DNA of 64,000 nucleotides from Klebsormidium nitens (lineage: Eukaryota; Plantae; Klebsormidiophyceae), in contig DF236950.1 of the NCBI GenBank assembly GCA_000708835.1, forward strand, positions 36,075-100,074, written 5' to 3'. A model generated the notes under the pieces. It saw only the letters and a list, made by a program, of their open reading frames with translations, ran no database searches and had not been told where the DNA came from. Made by a program: the position numbers and the translations under genes. Positions 10,292-22,114 of the stretch are shown here, piece by piece; within the stretch, counting starts at the first letter, position 1, and each line of letters opens with the position of its first letter.

Positions 10292-13200
10292 TCATGCCGC
10301 CTGCTCTCCCGCCAGCAGCGGCTCCGCCGCCCCGCTCCGCACATTCCGCCCTGAACAGAGGGGTGGGAAGAGACGTGCTCGCCATTAGCACGGCCCTAAT
10401 CTTGTGCAGTTGTCTTCACAGGCGACCGCAGAAATGGAAACCAGGAAGCACAGCAACCCATTCCTCAGCCGAACCCTCTAGCCTTAGCCAAATCAGCAAC
10501 AATTGCTGGCTGGTAGTGGCCGGGTAATCTTTCCTTTTGTGTTTCATCAATTAATAGGGCAGGCGATTGTTGACTCTGAGTCTCAGGTAGAAGGAGCAAT
10601 TGGGAGACGAGAAGGAGTGATCGATGAGATCAAGCGGAGACTCCCGGCCAAACAGAGAAAATCTGTCCGACACGCAAGATCAAGCATTGCTGCGCAAAGT
10701 AGAATACTCTATCGAGTGCCTCTACGACCCGAGGAACATGGCCTCTCATGCCAAGAAACAGAAGAAGGTTTTCAGCAAGATTTAAACAAGATCCAAGCGC
10801 CTGCTTTCCAAAGATGCAGAGCCGCAAGTAGGCACCGCACCATGTCAAACCAGAGCAAGCAGTAGTAGCGCCTGAGGAAGACCCAAAAACGCGCATTATC
10901 ATGTCAATAGATGAAGACGTGATGCTTGTAGTGAGGCGCCGCTCACCGAGGTTGGCCATGCACGCGACGAGGCCGAGCGCGGCACCGGTGACGACGAAGT
11001 CGACCCCGACCAGCACGCCCACCACCCACGTGGCGGACGCGGGCCACTGCGCGAGGATGAGCACCGCCAGCGCGAGCGAGAGCAGGCCCGATACCAGCAC
11101 GGACGGCCACGTGGACAGGTGGCGCACCTGGTACGCCAGCACCAGCTTCGACAGCCCGCTCGCAAAGAACCTGCGCGGCAGCGGGCGCACGCGCACGGGG
11201 TCAGCAGCGCAGTGCTGAGACACAGGAGGGGTCGCTAAGTGAGAAGGCGACACATGGTATGCGGATCAGACATGTGCCCAGACCCGGCAAATACGGCAGA
11301 ACATATGGGCGCTCTGTGGCCCTGCCCCGCTCGGAGGCGGTCGCTCTTGGGCAATGACCAGCTGGCCCTCGTACGAAATGCTCAAGAGACGGAACCGCGC
11401 CCCTTGAGCGGCGAGTGGCTGACCATGCTGCGATGAGGAGGGTGAGGCCGGCGAGGCCCTCGACGGGGGAGGTGACGAGCCAGACGCCGACAAAGAGGTT
11501 GAGGCCGCCCAGGAGCAGGTTCATGCTGCAGCCCGGGGCGGACACGCCGCACATCTGCAGGCCGTGGACCACCTGCACGATGCCACCTGGCAAAACAACG
11601 CACAGACACACGTGAGCAAGCCGGCGGCAATAGTGCAGGCGGAGGGAATACGAGGTGGGCAGGAATTGAGGCTTCTGACCGTGCCATGAAGGCAACAAGA
11701 CAAATAGCTCGCGAAGCAATAAACATCACAGCAGAGGGCGGGACACAAGTGAGAAACCACAGACAGCCGTCCATGGAAAAGAAAAGCAGCCGTTTACATC
11801 CCACAACAGTGTTGGCTTGCAGTGTGGGTGCGCCACTGACCGAGGACGAAGAGCACCCCGAGGAACTGCTCGATGACGAGGCTGAAGAGCAGCGGCGCCG
11901 CGACGGCCACCACGCCGATAACCACCAGGATCAGGCTCAGCACCGTGAGGCCCGTGGAGAGGCGCTCCAGCTGCTCGGGGGGGACCGGGCCGCGCAGGGG
12001 GATCACCTGGGGGGGGATTGCGACACCCTCCGTTAGCATAGGGGCAGAGTAGAACTCGAGAAGGCTCGATCTGGGGTTTTCCTTGGATTGATTAAATTTA
12101 TTTGACCAACCCGGAGTACAAATAGAAAGGGAAGATCAGCATTACGGGCTTCTGGTGCACAGCGATGCAAAAGGCTGGGACCTCAGAGTAGAAGAAGCCA
12201 TAGAAAAAGTGCACGAGAGTGATGAGACTGGTTTCAAAAGAGGAGCAAAAAGGAGGAATTCTAAACGCAGGCGCCACATGTTGATGATTGTAACCATGGA
12301 TGAGATGAAAGAGAAGAGATTGAGGAATTCAGAAGTTCGAAGCAGAGGAAGTTCGAAATTGAAAGTGGAGTGTACTAGCTTGGAGAACAGGACCAGCGAG
12401 GAGGAGGAAAGGACAGAGGGAGGGGGGGATTGCAGCTACAAAGAACAGGCCACAGTCAAAGACAGAAAGACTCTAAGCAGCCACAACTCAAGCATGACTC
12501 TAAGCAGGCACAAGAAAGAGACGAATTTTAAAAGCTGATCAGGGGTCAACGGCTTGAGCTTCAAACCCAAGAAGACAAATACTTGGACTGACAGGTTACA
12601 AGCAATCACAAGTAGCCACTGTCTATGCAACGTCAGCTTGAAGAGGCATCACCAACCTCAAAAACTCTTTTGGTCTGTTGGATTTGTTGCGCATACCGCA
12701 AAATTAACGACCCCCACCGCGGTGGCCGCCTCCCTGGGCGTCCTCACTGCGGGAGAAGGGGTGCGGCCGACCTCCGAGGAAGCTGCACCACAATGACAGG
12801 AGCACACAAATCAGACAAGCAATCTAGGCACAGAATCCAACCGGTGCCTTCCAAGGTGCATGGTCTGTCGTATCAGGATGGAGTGCACTCTGCCAGAAAG
12901 GGCAAAGCTCGTAGAAAACTCAAAAATGCCTCTGGTTCACTGGCATATGTGGGGCAACAATCGAATTTTTCATTTCCAATGGCCGCCACTTGATACTTGT
13001 CTGGTTGCAAAACGTTAGGCTGGGACCCAGCAGAACCTCTCACAAATATCTGGACAACTCGTAATTTTCAAAGGGTGGTGAGCATAGCCCCTCATGACCC
13101 ATCCTGCATTTACACAACAGAGAACATGAGGACTAAGACTTTGAACCACAGCATTTTCTGTGGTGGTAAGAAGTTTCTTTCTCCATTGAACTGTTGTGGA

Positions 13201-13648
13201 ACAAAGGGCATGCCCAGAACAAATGAGGCACACATTGAGAGCAATACGTCCCATTTTAAAAAAGTGAAGGCTCTTTAACTTCAAGCAACACGGCTCTTCT
13301 CCAAATACGTGCAACATCTGCAAAGTGCATGCATTTCTGCATCAATGCCCAAACAATGCTGCACCACCCGGACAGTTTCATAAAGACAGACGCAGTGTGG
13401 TGGTCCTCTGTACTGCCTTCTTCCCCTACTCATCAACTGATTCCCTCGTGCATGCCAATATCAGAACAGTCTTCAGCATTCCATTCATTGGGCTGTTGCC
13501 CACCTGCTGGTGCTTGTGCCCTCTTGCTTGCCTCTGCTTCATGCCTGACCGGCACCTCGTGACTGCTGGGCTGGGCGGGGGCAGCGCCTGCGCCGGGGGC
13601 CGGCGGGACGTCCGCGGTATCGCCCATGTTGGAAGGGTTTCCTCGCAT
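10292..13648 (-). CDS. HdeD/DUF308-family multi-pass membrane protein with a disordered N-terminal extension; 6 exons, last exon ambiguous (10350-10292 or 10257-10190)
   Basis: Phase-consistent GT-AG exons 13648-13504, 12782-12697, 12006-11841, 11586-11424, 11170-10947 encode about six hydrophobic helices: GLTVLSLILVVIGVVAVAAPLLFSLVIEQFLGVLFVLGGIVQVVHG...LLLGGLNLFVGVWLVTSPVEGLAGLTLLIAAWFFASGLSKLVLAYQVR...WPSVLVSGLLSLALAVLILAQWPASATWVVGVLVGVDFVVTG. This is the repeated DUF308 pattern of bacterial HdeD. Confidence 0.8.
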
Positions 13649-13832
13649 GATGGTGGACACAGGTGAAGCGAACAAGGTCTGAGCTGGCAGGGCTAAGGCT
13701 TTGATCCAATGCTCGATCCAAATGAATGCTGTCAAGCACGAAGCCCGAGGGGCCAAGCCAAGGCCCAGGGGCAGCAGGGAATTATAAAGCTGTCACAACA
13801 ACTTTCAAGCTGCGAGGTCACCCTTCCCAAGT

Positions 13833-13853
13833 TTAGGGTTCGCCAAACCCTAA
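13833..13853. promoter_or_regulatory. Inverted pair of telo-boxes (TTAGGGTT-cgcca-AACCCTAA) in the approx. 330 bp bidirectional promoter between the HdeD-like and F-box genes
   Basis: Directly visible palindrome, with a site II-like GGCCCA nearby (about 13762). The telo-box plus site II combination is an established plant promoter module. Confidence 0.6.
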
Positions 13854-13980
13854 TCCTGGAGTTGGCACTGCCCAACGTCTCGATCATCGCCAGAGCAAAT
13901 GCGAAGGCCACGTGTAGAGCAGAGTCCAGGGCGCCACTGATCGGGATGTCTGTGTGCTTCTTCCTAGCTCGGGCGCCGCC

Positions 13981-14955
13981 ATGACGGACTTCCCCAGCGA
14001 GGCGCTGCCCGCCATCCTGTCTGCACTGCGTGGCTCGGACCTGCGCACACTGCTGGCCCTGCTCAGTGTGAGTAAGCAATGGCGCGAGGCCGCCCTCGCA
14101 GATGCCGCCCTCTGGACGTCCATTGTGGTGCCGCCCTCCCTTGCTCCGCGCCTCACTGACGAGCGCCTCCGGGCCATTCTGCTGCGGGCGCAGCGCCGCG
14201 GCTTTGATGAGATTGACCTGACTGGGTGCGTCCAGCTGACGGTGGAGAGCCTGGACGCCATTCTGGAGGAGTGTGCGCGCTTCCCGCGCCGCCTCAGCTT
14301 TGTGGGCTGCCCCCAGCTGCACTGGACTCACGTGCTGGCCCTCCTGGAGAAGCTGCAAACGGCGTGCCAACCCCTGGCGTCGGTGGCCCTCCGCACAGCC
14401 AGCAAAGAGGGGCACGCAAGAGTACCAGTTTCGCAGCATTGCCCAGCTGCTGATGGCGGGTGGTCAGAGAGCTACTTAGAACTTCCTGGGGGTAAAGTAA
14501 TCCGCAACCCGCACCTTCCTAGGGCGAATCTTCTGGGCGCCACCGTGCGGGAGTCGGCGCCTGTGAGTGCACGCGCGGCGCCCAAGCTGGTGCGGCCGGA
14601 GCGGCGGCTGCGCGAGCTGGGGGTGGCGGGGATCGACTTCCGGCGCTGCAAGTGGCGCGAGCTGCGCACGCTGCAGCAGTACGCGGAGCGCCTGGACGTG
14701 GGCGAGTGCGAGGACGAGCGCTGCTTCCAGATCCGGCGTGTGGCGCCGTGCGCGTCGTGCCTCTGCGAGTGCTGCGAGCAGCACCTGTATCGCTGCAGCG
14801 TGTGCGGGGGCCGCACCTGCCGCGAGCACTGCTTTGACCGCACGGCCGCAGACACGGAGCCGCGCCTGGGGGTGTGCTACCGCTGCCACCTGCGTGGTCG
14901 GCAGCACCGCCTCGCTCAAGCGCAGGAGTCAATGGTGAGGCGCGGCTGGATTTGA
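13981..14955 (+). CDS. F-box protein, SKIP14/SKIP28-like (F-box, short LRR-like region, Cys-rich C-terminus); apparently single exon
   Basis: MTDFPSEALPAILSALRGSDLRTLLALLSVSKQWREAALADAALWTSIVV (F-box), LTDERLRAILLRAQ...IDLTGCVQLT...LSFVGCPQL, and C-terminal LDVGECEDERC...CASCLCECC...CSVCGG...C...CYRC. Confidence 0.8.
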   Translation: MTDFPSEALPAILSALRGSDLRTLLALLSVSKQWREAALADAALWTSIVVPPSLAPRLTDERLRAILLRAQRRGFDEIDLTGCVQLTVESLDAILEECARFPRRLSFVGCPQLHWTHVLALLEKLQTACQPLASVALRTASKEGHARVPVSQHCPAADGGWSESYLELPGGKVIRNPHLPRANLLGATVRESAPVSARAAPKLVRPERRLRELGVAGIDFRRCKWRELRTLQQYAERLDVGECEDERCFQIRRVAPCASCLCECCEQHLYRCSVCGGRTCREHCFDRTAADTEPRLGVCYRCHLRGRQHRLAQAQESMVRRGWI

Positions 14956-16896
14956 CAGGGTTCAACATTGTTTTGCCCGTTGCAGTGAGTCTGCTCTGGA
15001 CGTTGGACAGGCAGTCCCGAACTTTCGAGATCTGTGTCTTGTCAGGCATATGGCAAGTTCAACACAAGTTGCACTTGAGTGGAGCTTCAAGTTATCATTG
15101 ACTTGGATTGGTTTCTGTGAGGTCAGATTCCAGCAGTGAAGAGCACGGAATGCAGCAACGTCTGAGTGGGCACATGCTGATGTTGGATACACCCGAGCAG
15201 GATGATCCACCTAACAGCAGAGATCCGCTCTTTCTGCAGGTACTCCCAGAGGTCAGTCAAGAAACGCGGAATAATCAATAAGCCAGATAATGATGGAAAG
15301 CTGTTCCGTCAAAGACCGAAGGCCCCCTCCAAGGGACTTCTGTTGCTTGCATAGTTGAGGAATTGTCGTGCAGGGCTCCAAAGCAAGGCAGGTTTAGGAT
15401 ACTTTGCCAAGCGTCTCCCTCCTTCATGGACTTGCAGGTAAGATAGTGTTGAGTCGCACAGGCAAGGAGCGTTCAAAGGTGCAACACTGTCCTCGACTGA
15501 TGCACTTGACTAGGTCAGATTCTTAGGAAGTTCACTACTAAGTCATTGTATTGGAGACATGGACGCGCGGACGTTGTCAGGCCACATCGGTATTGAATCG
15601 AACTTGCATGAGCTAGGCTAAGTTTTGATCTCGATAGGAGTTCTGAAGTGACTGATAGGTTTGCAAGGAGACTCAGGTTGTTTGACTATTGACAGGCTGC
15701 GAAAATGCATGTATAGCTAGAAATGACAGACAGAACTTTTGTTATACTTAAGGGGGAACTTTTTGTTTGCCTGTTTCCGGCTCGCCGTCACTTTTTTTGG
15801 CCCCGATTCTCGTTCCAACCGTCTAAATTTGGAGATCTGACATTCAAGCACACTGACAGCTACTACATGCGATCGAAGAATACATGCATCATTCAATCCG
15901 ATTGCAAATGTTTTCGAGTTGTACTCAATTCGATCGCGCGCATTATTTCGATATCATAGACCAGCTAGGCGCAGAATAGTTGAGTCCGAATTTGATCATA
16001 TCAGGCGTGCGGCACATGTCAACGAAGGCCCATCATGGGCGCGTAAGTACTCATTGAATCAGCTCTTAAATGATCGATCAGACCATTTGATGCAACATGA
16101 TCATGGCGGCCTGGGCCAACCGCGGGATATACTCAATTGATTGCATGACCGAACAATTGAGCGGTACGATTCGGGTAATGATAATTGCTGCGTAACGCTC
16201 CACATAATTTCACATGGTTAATCAAGTTGATGCAAGAACTAAGCGGACCTCCAATCCAAAGATCATGAACTTGAATTGCACACAGAAATTGGATTGCTTC
16301 TTCTTTGCATGGGCCATGTATAAAACGCAATCGTCGTACATGTATGTATCCGAACGATGAAGGTATATACAAGTGCGGAGCATTTTAAGGCCGTCGCGCG
16401 GGCGCTGGTCGGGGCTGGCGGGCGCTTGTTCCTGCGCCGCGGCCGGGCCTGTATAGAGCCTCGGACTGGCATGGGCCCCCACTGAGCCTTTGTCGAAATC
16501 TATCAAACAGTACCCTTGGTCGAAACATAAGTTTTGTATCGTATATCTAGAGGCTTCAGTGGCCACGTGGATCCGATCAGCTCGAATTTGGCTCGGCACC
16601 AATCGATCAGAATATTCATCCCTGTGCAGCATTGCAATGCACCATGGCCAGCTTCTCGTCGGACTCAAACACCAAGTGTGTATGCCAGCATACATGCCTC
16701 CAACAGTGAGAAGGCTGCACAGCTTGATCCTAAAAACATTGGGATTGTCGTTGCTTCTCCAGAACAATCTTAGTATACACCTGCCAAGATGCATCTGATT
16801 CTCAAACTCGGCTCAGTGCTTGCGCGCATGTGTTAGTCGGTATCTCAGTCTAGGCCGTCAGATTATGAAGGCCCAATGTCAGCAAGGCGCGTGACG

Positions 16897-19800
16897 TCAG
16901 CACGAGAGCGGTCCCCGCCCCTCCGCTGCCCCTCCCGCCGTCACCCTCTTGCGCGGCGGCCGCGGTGCTGCCCAGTCGCTGTCGGCCAGCTCGCTGCCCT
17001 CCTCGTCGCGGCTCGGCGAGCTGCGCACGCTGGACCCGCGCGACGGCGCACCGCTTGCCCGCCCCGCACCCTCAGGAGATCCGCGGGGCTCGGGAACACG
17101 CACACTCGTGGAGGCGTGGGCACCATCAGCGAAATGACCACCAGTCCGTCCGTCGTCGCTTGGCCGTGAGGGATGGCGGCTCGACTGCCTGCGCCCATTT
17201 CCCAGCGCGTGCTCGGGGCTACTCTCGACCGAGCTTGGCCCCGCCGAGGACTGGCCCCCGAAGTTACCCGGCCCGGCGTCTAGTGGTCGGTCCTCCGCTT
17301 GGCGCCCGGTGGGCTTGGCCCGGGGCACCGCTTCCAGCCGTTCCCGGCGGTGCTCCCAGTGCGCGGGCAGGCTCACGGCCCGCGCACGCCCCGTGCCGGC
17401 CGCCCCGCCCCGCCGCGCAGCCCACTCCGCAGCGGCGCGCTGCAGGGCCGCCACGTCGACCCCGTCCGAGACGAGAGAGCTCTGCCGCTGCTTCTCCGTC
17501 TGTGCGCGCTGGCTGCAGAGGCGAAAGGGCGATAAGGGACTTGACGCATTTGCGAAGGAGTCTACGGAGGCCGCTTCAGAAGCTGCTGGATGAGAATTGT
17601 ATGGATGTAGCCTCGATCCTACCAGTTGGAAACAAACTCTGTTACGTCTTCTCGTTCGCAGCAACAACGGCTTTTTGATTGGATATGAAGCTTTCCACAT
17701 ATCCCTTCTGTCCTTTTCGGCGGGCAACTTCGTCAGGTTCCTTTTTGGGTCAGGTCAGAAACATCACGTGACGCTGATGCACTAGGATACCCGGCCCGCG
17801 CGCGGGTTTGGGTACACGAAGGGCTCCTTTTCCTGTTGCGACTGCCTTCGCCGTTACAAATCTTGCAAGGAACGCGTTCCAACGTTGTGACAATTTGTTG
17901 AGGTGTCGCTCGGAGTTTACTACATCGTCTGGACTATAGCAACGCTTCAAACTGATGCCCCAATACTGGATGGCATGTTTGTGGCTCACGCTTCCAGTCG
18001 CGCCATGGCCGCCAGGTACTCGTCGTCGGAGAGGCCCTCCGCGGCGGGTGGCACGCCGTGCCGATCCAGCGCGCGCGCCATCGCGTTCTCCAGCTCCTGC
18101 ACGCCGGCACATGCTCTTTGGTCAATTTCTCACGAGAACTAAACGGACACGCTCTGCTTGTCACGCCCTAATTGTCCCTCACTTGAATTTGCCCGCCTGC
18201 GTCAGCAGAAGTGGTTTAAAACGCATCTGGTTAGAAAAATTGGCTAGTGCGGGCGTGCTCCTGCCGTCGCAAGGTCTCTTTGCCGCGGCTTTACCTCGCG
18301 CACTTCTTCAAATGGCAGCGCCGCGCGCTCCTCCTTCCGCCGCCGCCGCTCGTCCTCGTGGGCGGCCATCTCGCGCGCGGCCTCCTGCGCGTCACGGCAC
18401 TCGCGGCGCCAGCGGTGAGACTCCTCACGAACGGACTCCACCTCCGCCTGGCACGCCGCCAAAGCTGCGCCCTGCGGCAGATGAAGGCCAAAATGGCTCA
18501 GCGGCGCCAACAAGATTTTCTGCACCCCGTTGCTTTCAAATTAGGCTCTGATCCGTCTTGAACGGTCACAGCGTGGTTCTGACAACTAAACACAGTTCGC
18601 GCCATGGAAAGTCACCACGCATTCTCTTCTTTTGAAGGAGCTTTTGTCATGGTGCATGCGCTGAAAGCATGGTGGAATAATAAGGGGACCTTTTCCGCAA
18701 CTGCAATTGAAAGAAGCAGATCTCGCAGACCCCTTACTGCGTCGTCCAGTTGTCCGCGCAGCGCTGTCTCAGTTTGTTTGGCGACCTCCAGGGCTGTTCG
18801 CAGCGCCTCCGCGTCGCCCTGCAGCAGCCGGTGCCGGTCGTGCATCTCGTCCAGCTGGCGGCGCAGCTCCTGCAAGCGGAGGGTTTGACGTTACCTTTCG
18901 CTTGCTTCGACGGACGTCTGCAGTGACATGGTAAGATGAAGAAAATTATCTCCGACAGACTACTTGCAAAGCAAAATTTCAAGAGTACTAGAGAGACAAG
19001 ATTCGCACAGTCATCAGACTGGAGGCGGCAGCCCACCTGCGTCTTGAGGTCGACGGCCTCGTCCAGCTTAAGCAGGCGAGCGGCAGTCTCCTGAGCAGCC
19101 ACAAGAATAGGGTCAAAGACAAGTGTTCCCCTTTTCCCTGCTAGGGACCTCGGCGTTCTCGTCTGGACGCTTTGCCTCGTCCCATCCGAAGTCGAGACAG
19201 CGGTCCGACTCCCAGTGTACCTCCCCGAGCTTCACGGGCGTCATTTGATTCAATCAACCGTCTGACGCTTCGAGACGGAGATGTTCCCACAAGATGAGCC
19301 GAAGGCGTGGCTTTCTACGACTGTCGTATGGTTATACTTTACTGAAATTCTCTACGACTTCGGCACCGGATGGGGGTTCCCCATTCTGGGCGCTCGCTGA
19401 AAGACGTTTTCGCATAGGCCCAATCTGCTGACAGTATGTCTTCCTAATCTTGCCATTCTGTTTCTTGACACACCCCTTCGGGTGCCGTGTGCGCACCTTG
19501 GCCTGCTCGTCGCTCGCGCGCAGCGCCGCCTCCGCCTTCTCCTTGTCCTTCTCCAGCTCGCGCGCGCGTGCCTTGAGCTCCTCGCGCTCGGCGGCGTGCG
19601 CGCTCTCCGCTGCCTTGCGCGCCTGCTCCTCTGCGGCGGCCCCCTGCCGCCACTGCTCTTTCATCGCGTCGCTCAGCGCGGCCAGCTCCGCGGCGTGCTT
19701 GCGCGCCTCTTCCAGGGACTGCGGGACGAGCATCCCGGTCAGCGGCGGCCATACAGGGTGAGAGACGAGGCCATCCAAGAACCAAATTTGTCGCCTGTTG

Positions 19801-22114
19801 CCTTCGCAGCTCCACCTCAGACCCGGTGTAAGAAGAGAGCGAGCTCACAACAAGTTAAAAGATACGAGCCAAGGAATCGGCAGACCCAATCCACAGAGTG
19901 GACAATAAAGAACTCATCTCCGAGAGAAAGTTCGAAAAGAGAGTATCTAGAATTCCATTCTATTCTTTGAGGAGCTTTTTCCCTTCTTTATTTGCTAGCC
20001 TCCCCTTTGAATGAAACAAGCTAACTGATGAGTCTACAACAGTGTCACAGAATGTATCAGAAGTGGAGGATCAACGAGAAGCAAGAAAGCCAGTCTGCCG
20101 GTAGAACGGACCCTCAACGGAATTACTAACCAGAACGCATGGTCACGGTATGGGACGCCTCACCGGAACGAGAAGCGAAGTCGAAGAGCGAGCCCCTCAC
20201 CAGTATTTCCAGGCTGTGCCATCCAGTACTCGCCCTGACTTTCCTCCACCACTAACGCCGAACTTCAGCACGTGGCCTTGCTGTCGCCTCACCTTTTTCC
20301 TCCACTCTGCTGCTGCTGCCAGCGCGGCCTCGTGCTCCTCCCCCGCCGCTTTCTCCGCCGCCTCGGCTACTCTGATCGCGTCGGCTACCTTGCGCCGTAG
20401 CGCCTCCAGCTGTCCCTCCAGCACCGCCTCGCGCGCCGCCCCCGCCGCCACCTCCGCCCGCGCCTGCCGGGCCTCCAGCTCGGCCGCCTGCTTGCCCGCC
20501 TCCAGCTTCTGCACGCAGGCAAGTGAAGGGACAATCTTGGTTTAGAATTTGGACAAAAGATGAGATGAGGAGGCCGAGACCTCGCCTGGTCGTCGAGTCA
20601 TCTGTCGCACCTTGAGGCCATGGCTGGTCCCCGACGACCTCGATGATTGAACAATGATTGCAATACATCTTCACGTAGAACGAGGTCGAAGGATACGAAG
20701 GCGCCGACCTTTCGACTTTAGTCAAGCACCGACGTCGACAGTGTTCGACCTTCGTGGCTGCCAAGTTCAATACAATGGGTACCAGTCACCTCGAAACGAA
20801 GCTGATTGCATGCTCGACTCAAGCGACCACGACTCGTACGCTGACTGCCAACCCTGCTTTCAGCTCTCTGCACACTCTGTAACCCTTTCCTCCGTCCCGC
20901 TCTCGCCCCGTGCTGCCTCACCTCCTGGTGCGCGCGCGCCTGCACTGCCTCCTCGCAGTGGAAGCACGGCGCGCCCGCCTCCCCCGCGTGGCTGTGGCGG
21001 GGCACGTTCTCCTTGGCGGGATGCGCCAGCGTCTGCGGCAGGCTGGCCAGCGGGGCGCGCGCGCTCGTGATGGCCTCCTCCAGCGCGGAGCGCCAGCTGG
21101 TGACGGACGACGGCAAGGGGGGCGGCGCGGACGATACCGAGCGCAGGTACGAGCGGGGGGCCGTGGTCAGGCCTGCACCAACAAAACGAGAACCGCAAAA
21201 CCGTTGGGTCGTCTTGTTTCAGGTGCCCGGCTGCCATACTGCCAGAATGATCAAGCTCGTTGTCAAACACGAAACGAGCCCGATCTGACAACCCCGAAAC
21301 GGGGATTGTCTCCAAATTTTGGTGGAGCGGAAAAAGCTTGCAAAAGCAGCGACTCAGCTCAGATGCCACAATAAGCACTGGAAGGAGCTCCTCCCAATAC
21401 CCATGTCGCAATTGGCTCTCCCGGCCCTGCTAGCTCAGCCGCTTGCATCAAAATGAGAGGTGCCCCGCAGCAGACTCACTGCCGTTGAAAGGGTCGCGGT
21501 AGGTGGCCTGCGAGCTGACGCTGCGTGCAAGTGAGCTGGTGCGTGTGAGGCTGCGCATTGTCGCGCGAGGTGCGTCGTAGAAGCCGTCTGAGATGGGGGC
21601 CGTACTGAACCAGCCACCGTCCTGGGTGTGGCCGGAGAAGCGGCGGCCCGCCTGGGAGCCAGACTTTCTGCAGCGAATGAAGACAGACATTTGAGGGGAG
21701 CCCACAAGCTCCGTTTCGTATTCGTGAAGGAGTTGTGTAAATAAGTTTGATGATGGGGGTGTGAGCTGGGATTCTCGATGGTACTGCTGGCCCAAAGCAG
21801 AACCGTGCAACTCTTACATTATTACCGTTGAAACCAGATTCGACTTCCAAGTGCCAACTTCTTTTTCGATCCTATTCCTGTCTAACATTCATACGAGCCG
21901 TTTGAAGCTAGATTGCTGAGCTCAACGTTTCTTAGGGACTGGCGATCAGCTGCGCATGCTGATACCTGCTTGAACGCTGAAATTCATCCCTCTTGGACGG
22001 TGCAGCTTCGCCAGCAACGTCATCGCTTCGTCTCTGCATTCTTTTGATCTCCGCTTCTTCAGAGAAAGTGGGCCAATTGCCGTCCTCTGAAAGGGGCGCT
22101 TCCAACTCAGCCAT
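16897..22114 (-). CDS. Uncharacterised long coiled-coil protein with low-complexity termini; about 10 exons
   Basis: GC-rich spliced segments encode heptad-like A/E/K/R/Q runs: KLEAGKQAAELEARQARAEV (near 20500), SLEEARKHAAELAALSDAMKEQW (near 19700), ELRRQLDEMHDRHRLL (near 18870), AEVESVREESHRWRRECRDAQEAAREM (near 18430), and an S/P/G/R-rich last exon ending at 16897. First exon 22114-21966 joins 21667-21480 in phase. No family recognised. Confidence 0.7.

Noticed and set aside
11794-12039. ORF-track start MLTEGVAIPP for the HdeD-like protein
   Set aside because: The ATG overlaps a CTAAC branch point followed by a C-tract and CAG at 12007-12009, so it is an intron end; upstream exons join in phase.
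12155-12538. 127 aa E/K/R-rich plus-strand ORF
   Set aside because: It is the antisense of a pyrimidine-rich intron of the HdeD-like gene; no domain, and the bias is explained by composition.
14422-14522. Possible intron within the F-box ORF (lower-GC segment)
   Set aside because: The best GT-AG pair removes 101 nt and shifts the frame away from the conserved Cys-rich end; kept as coding.
16876-21850. Many long overlapping antisense and alternative-frame ORFs (also over 6458-7300, 13732-15049, 52196-52795, 58712-59305)
   Set aside because: Typical shadow ORFs of GC-rich exons, which are depleted of stop codons; no independent motifs.
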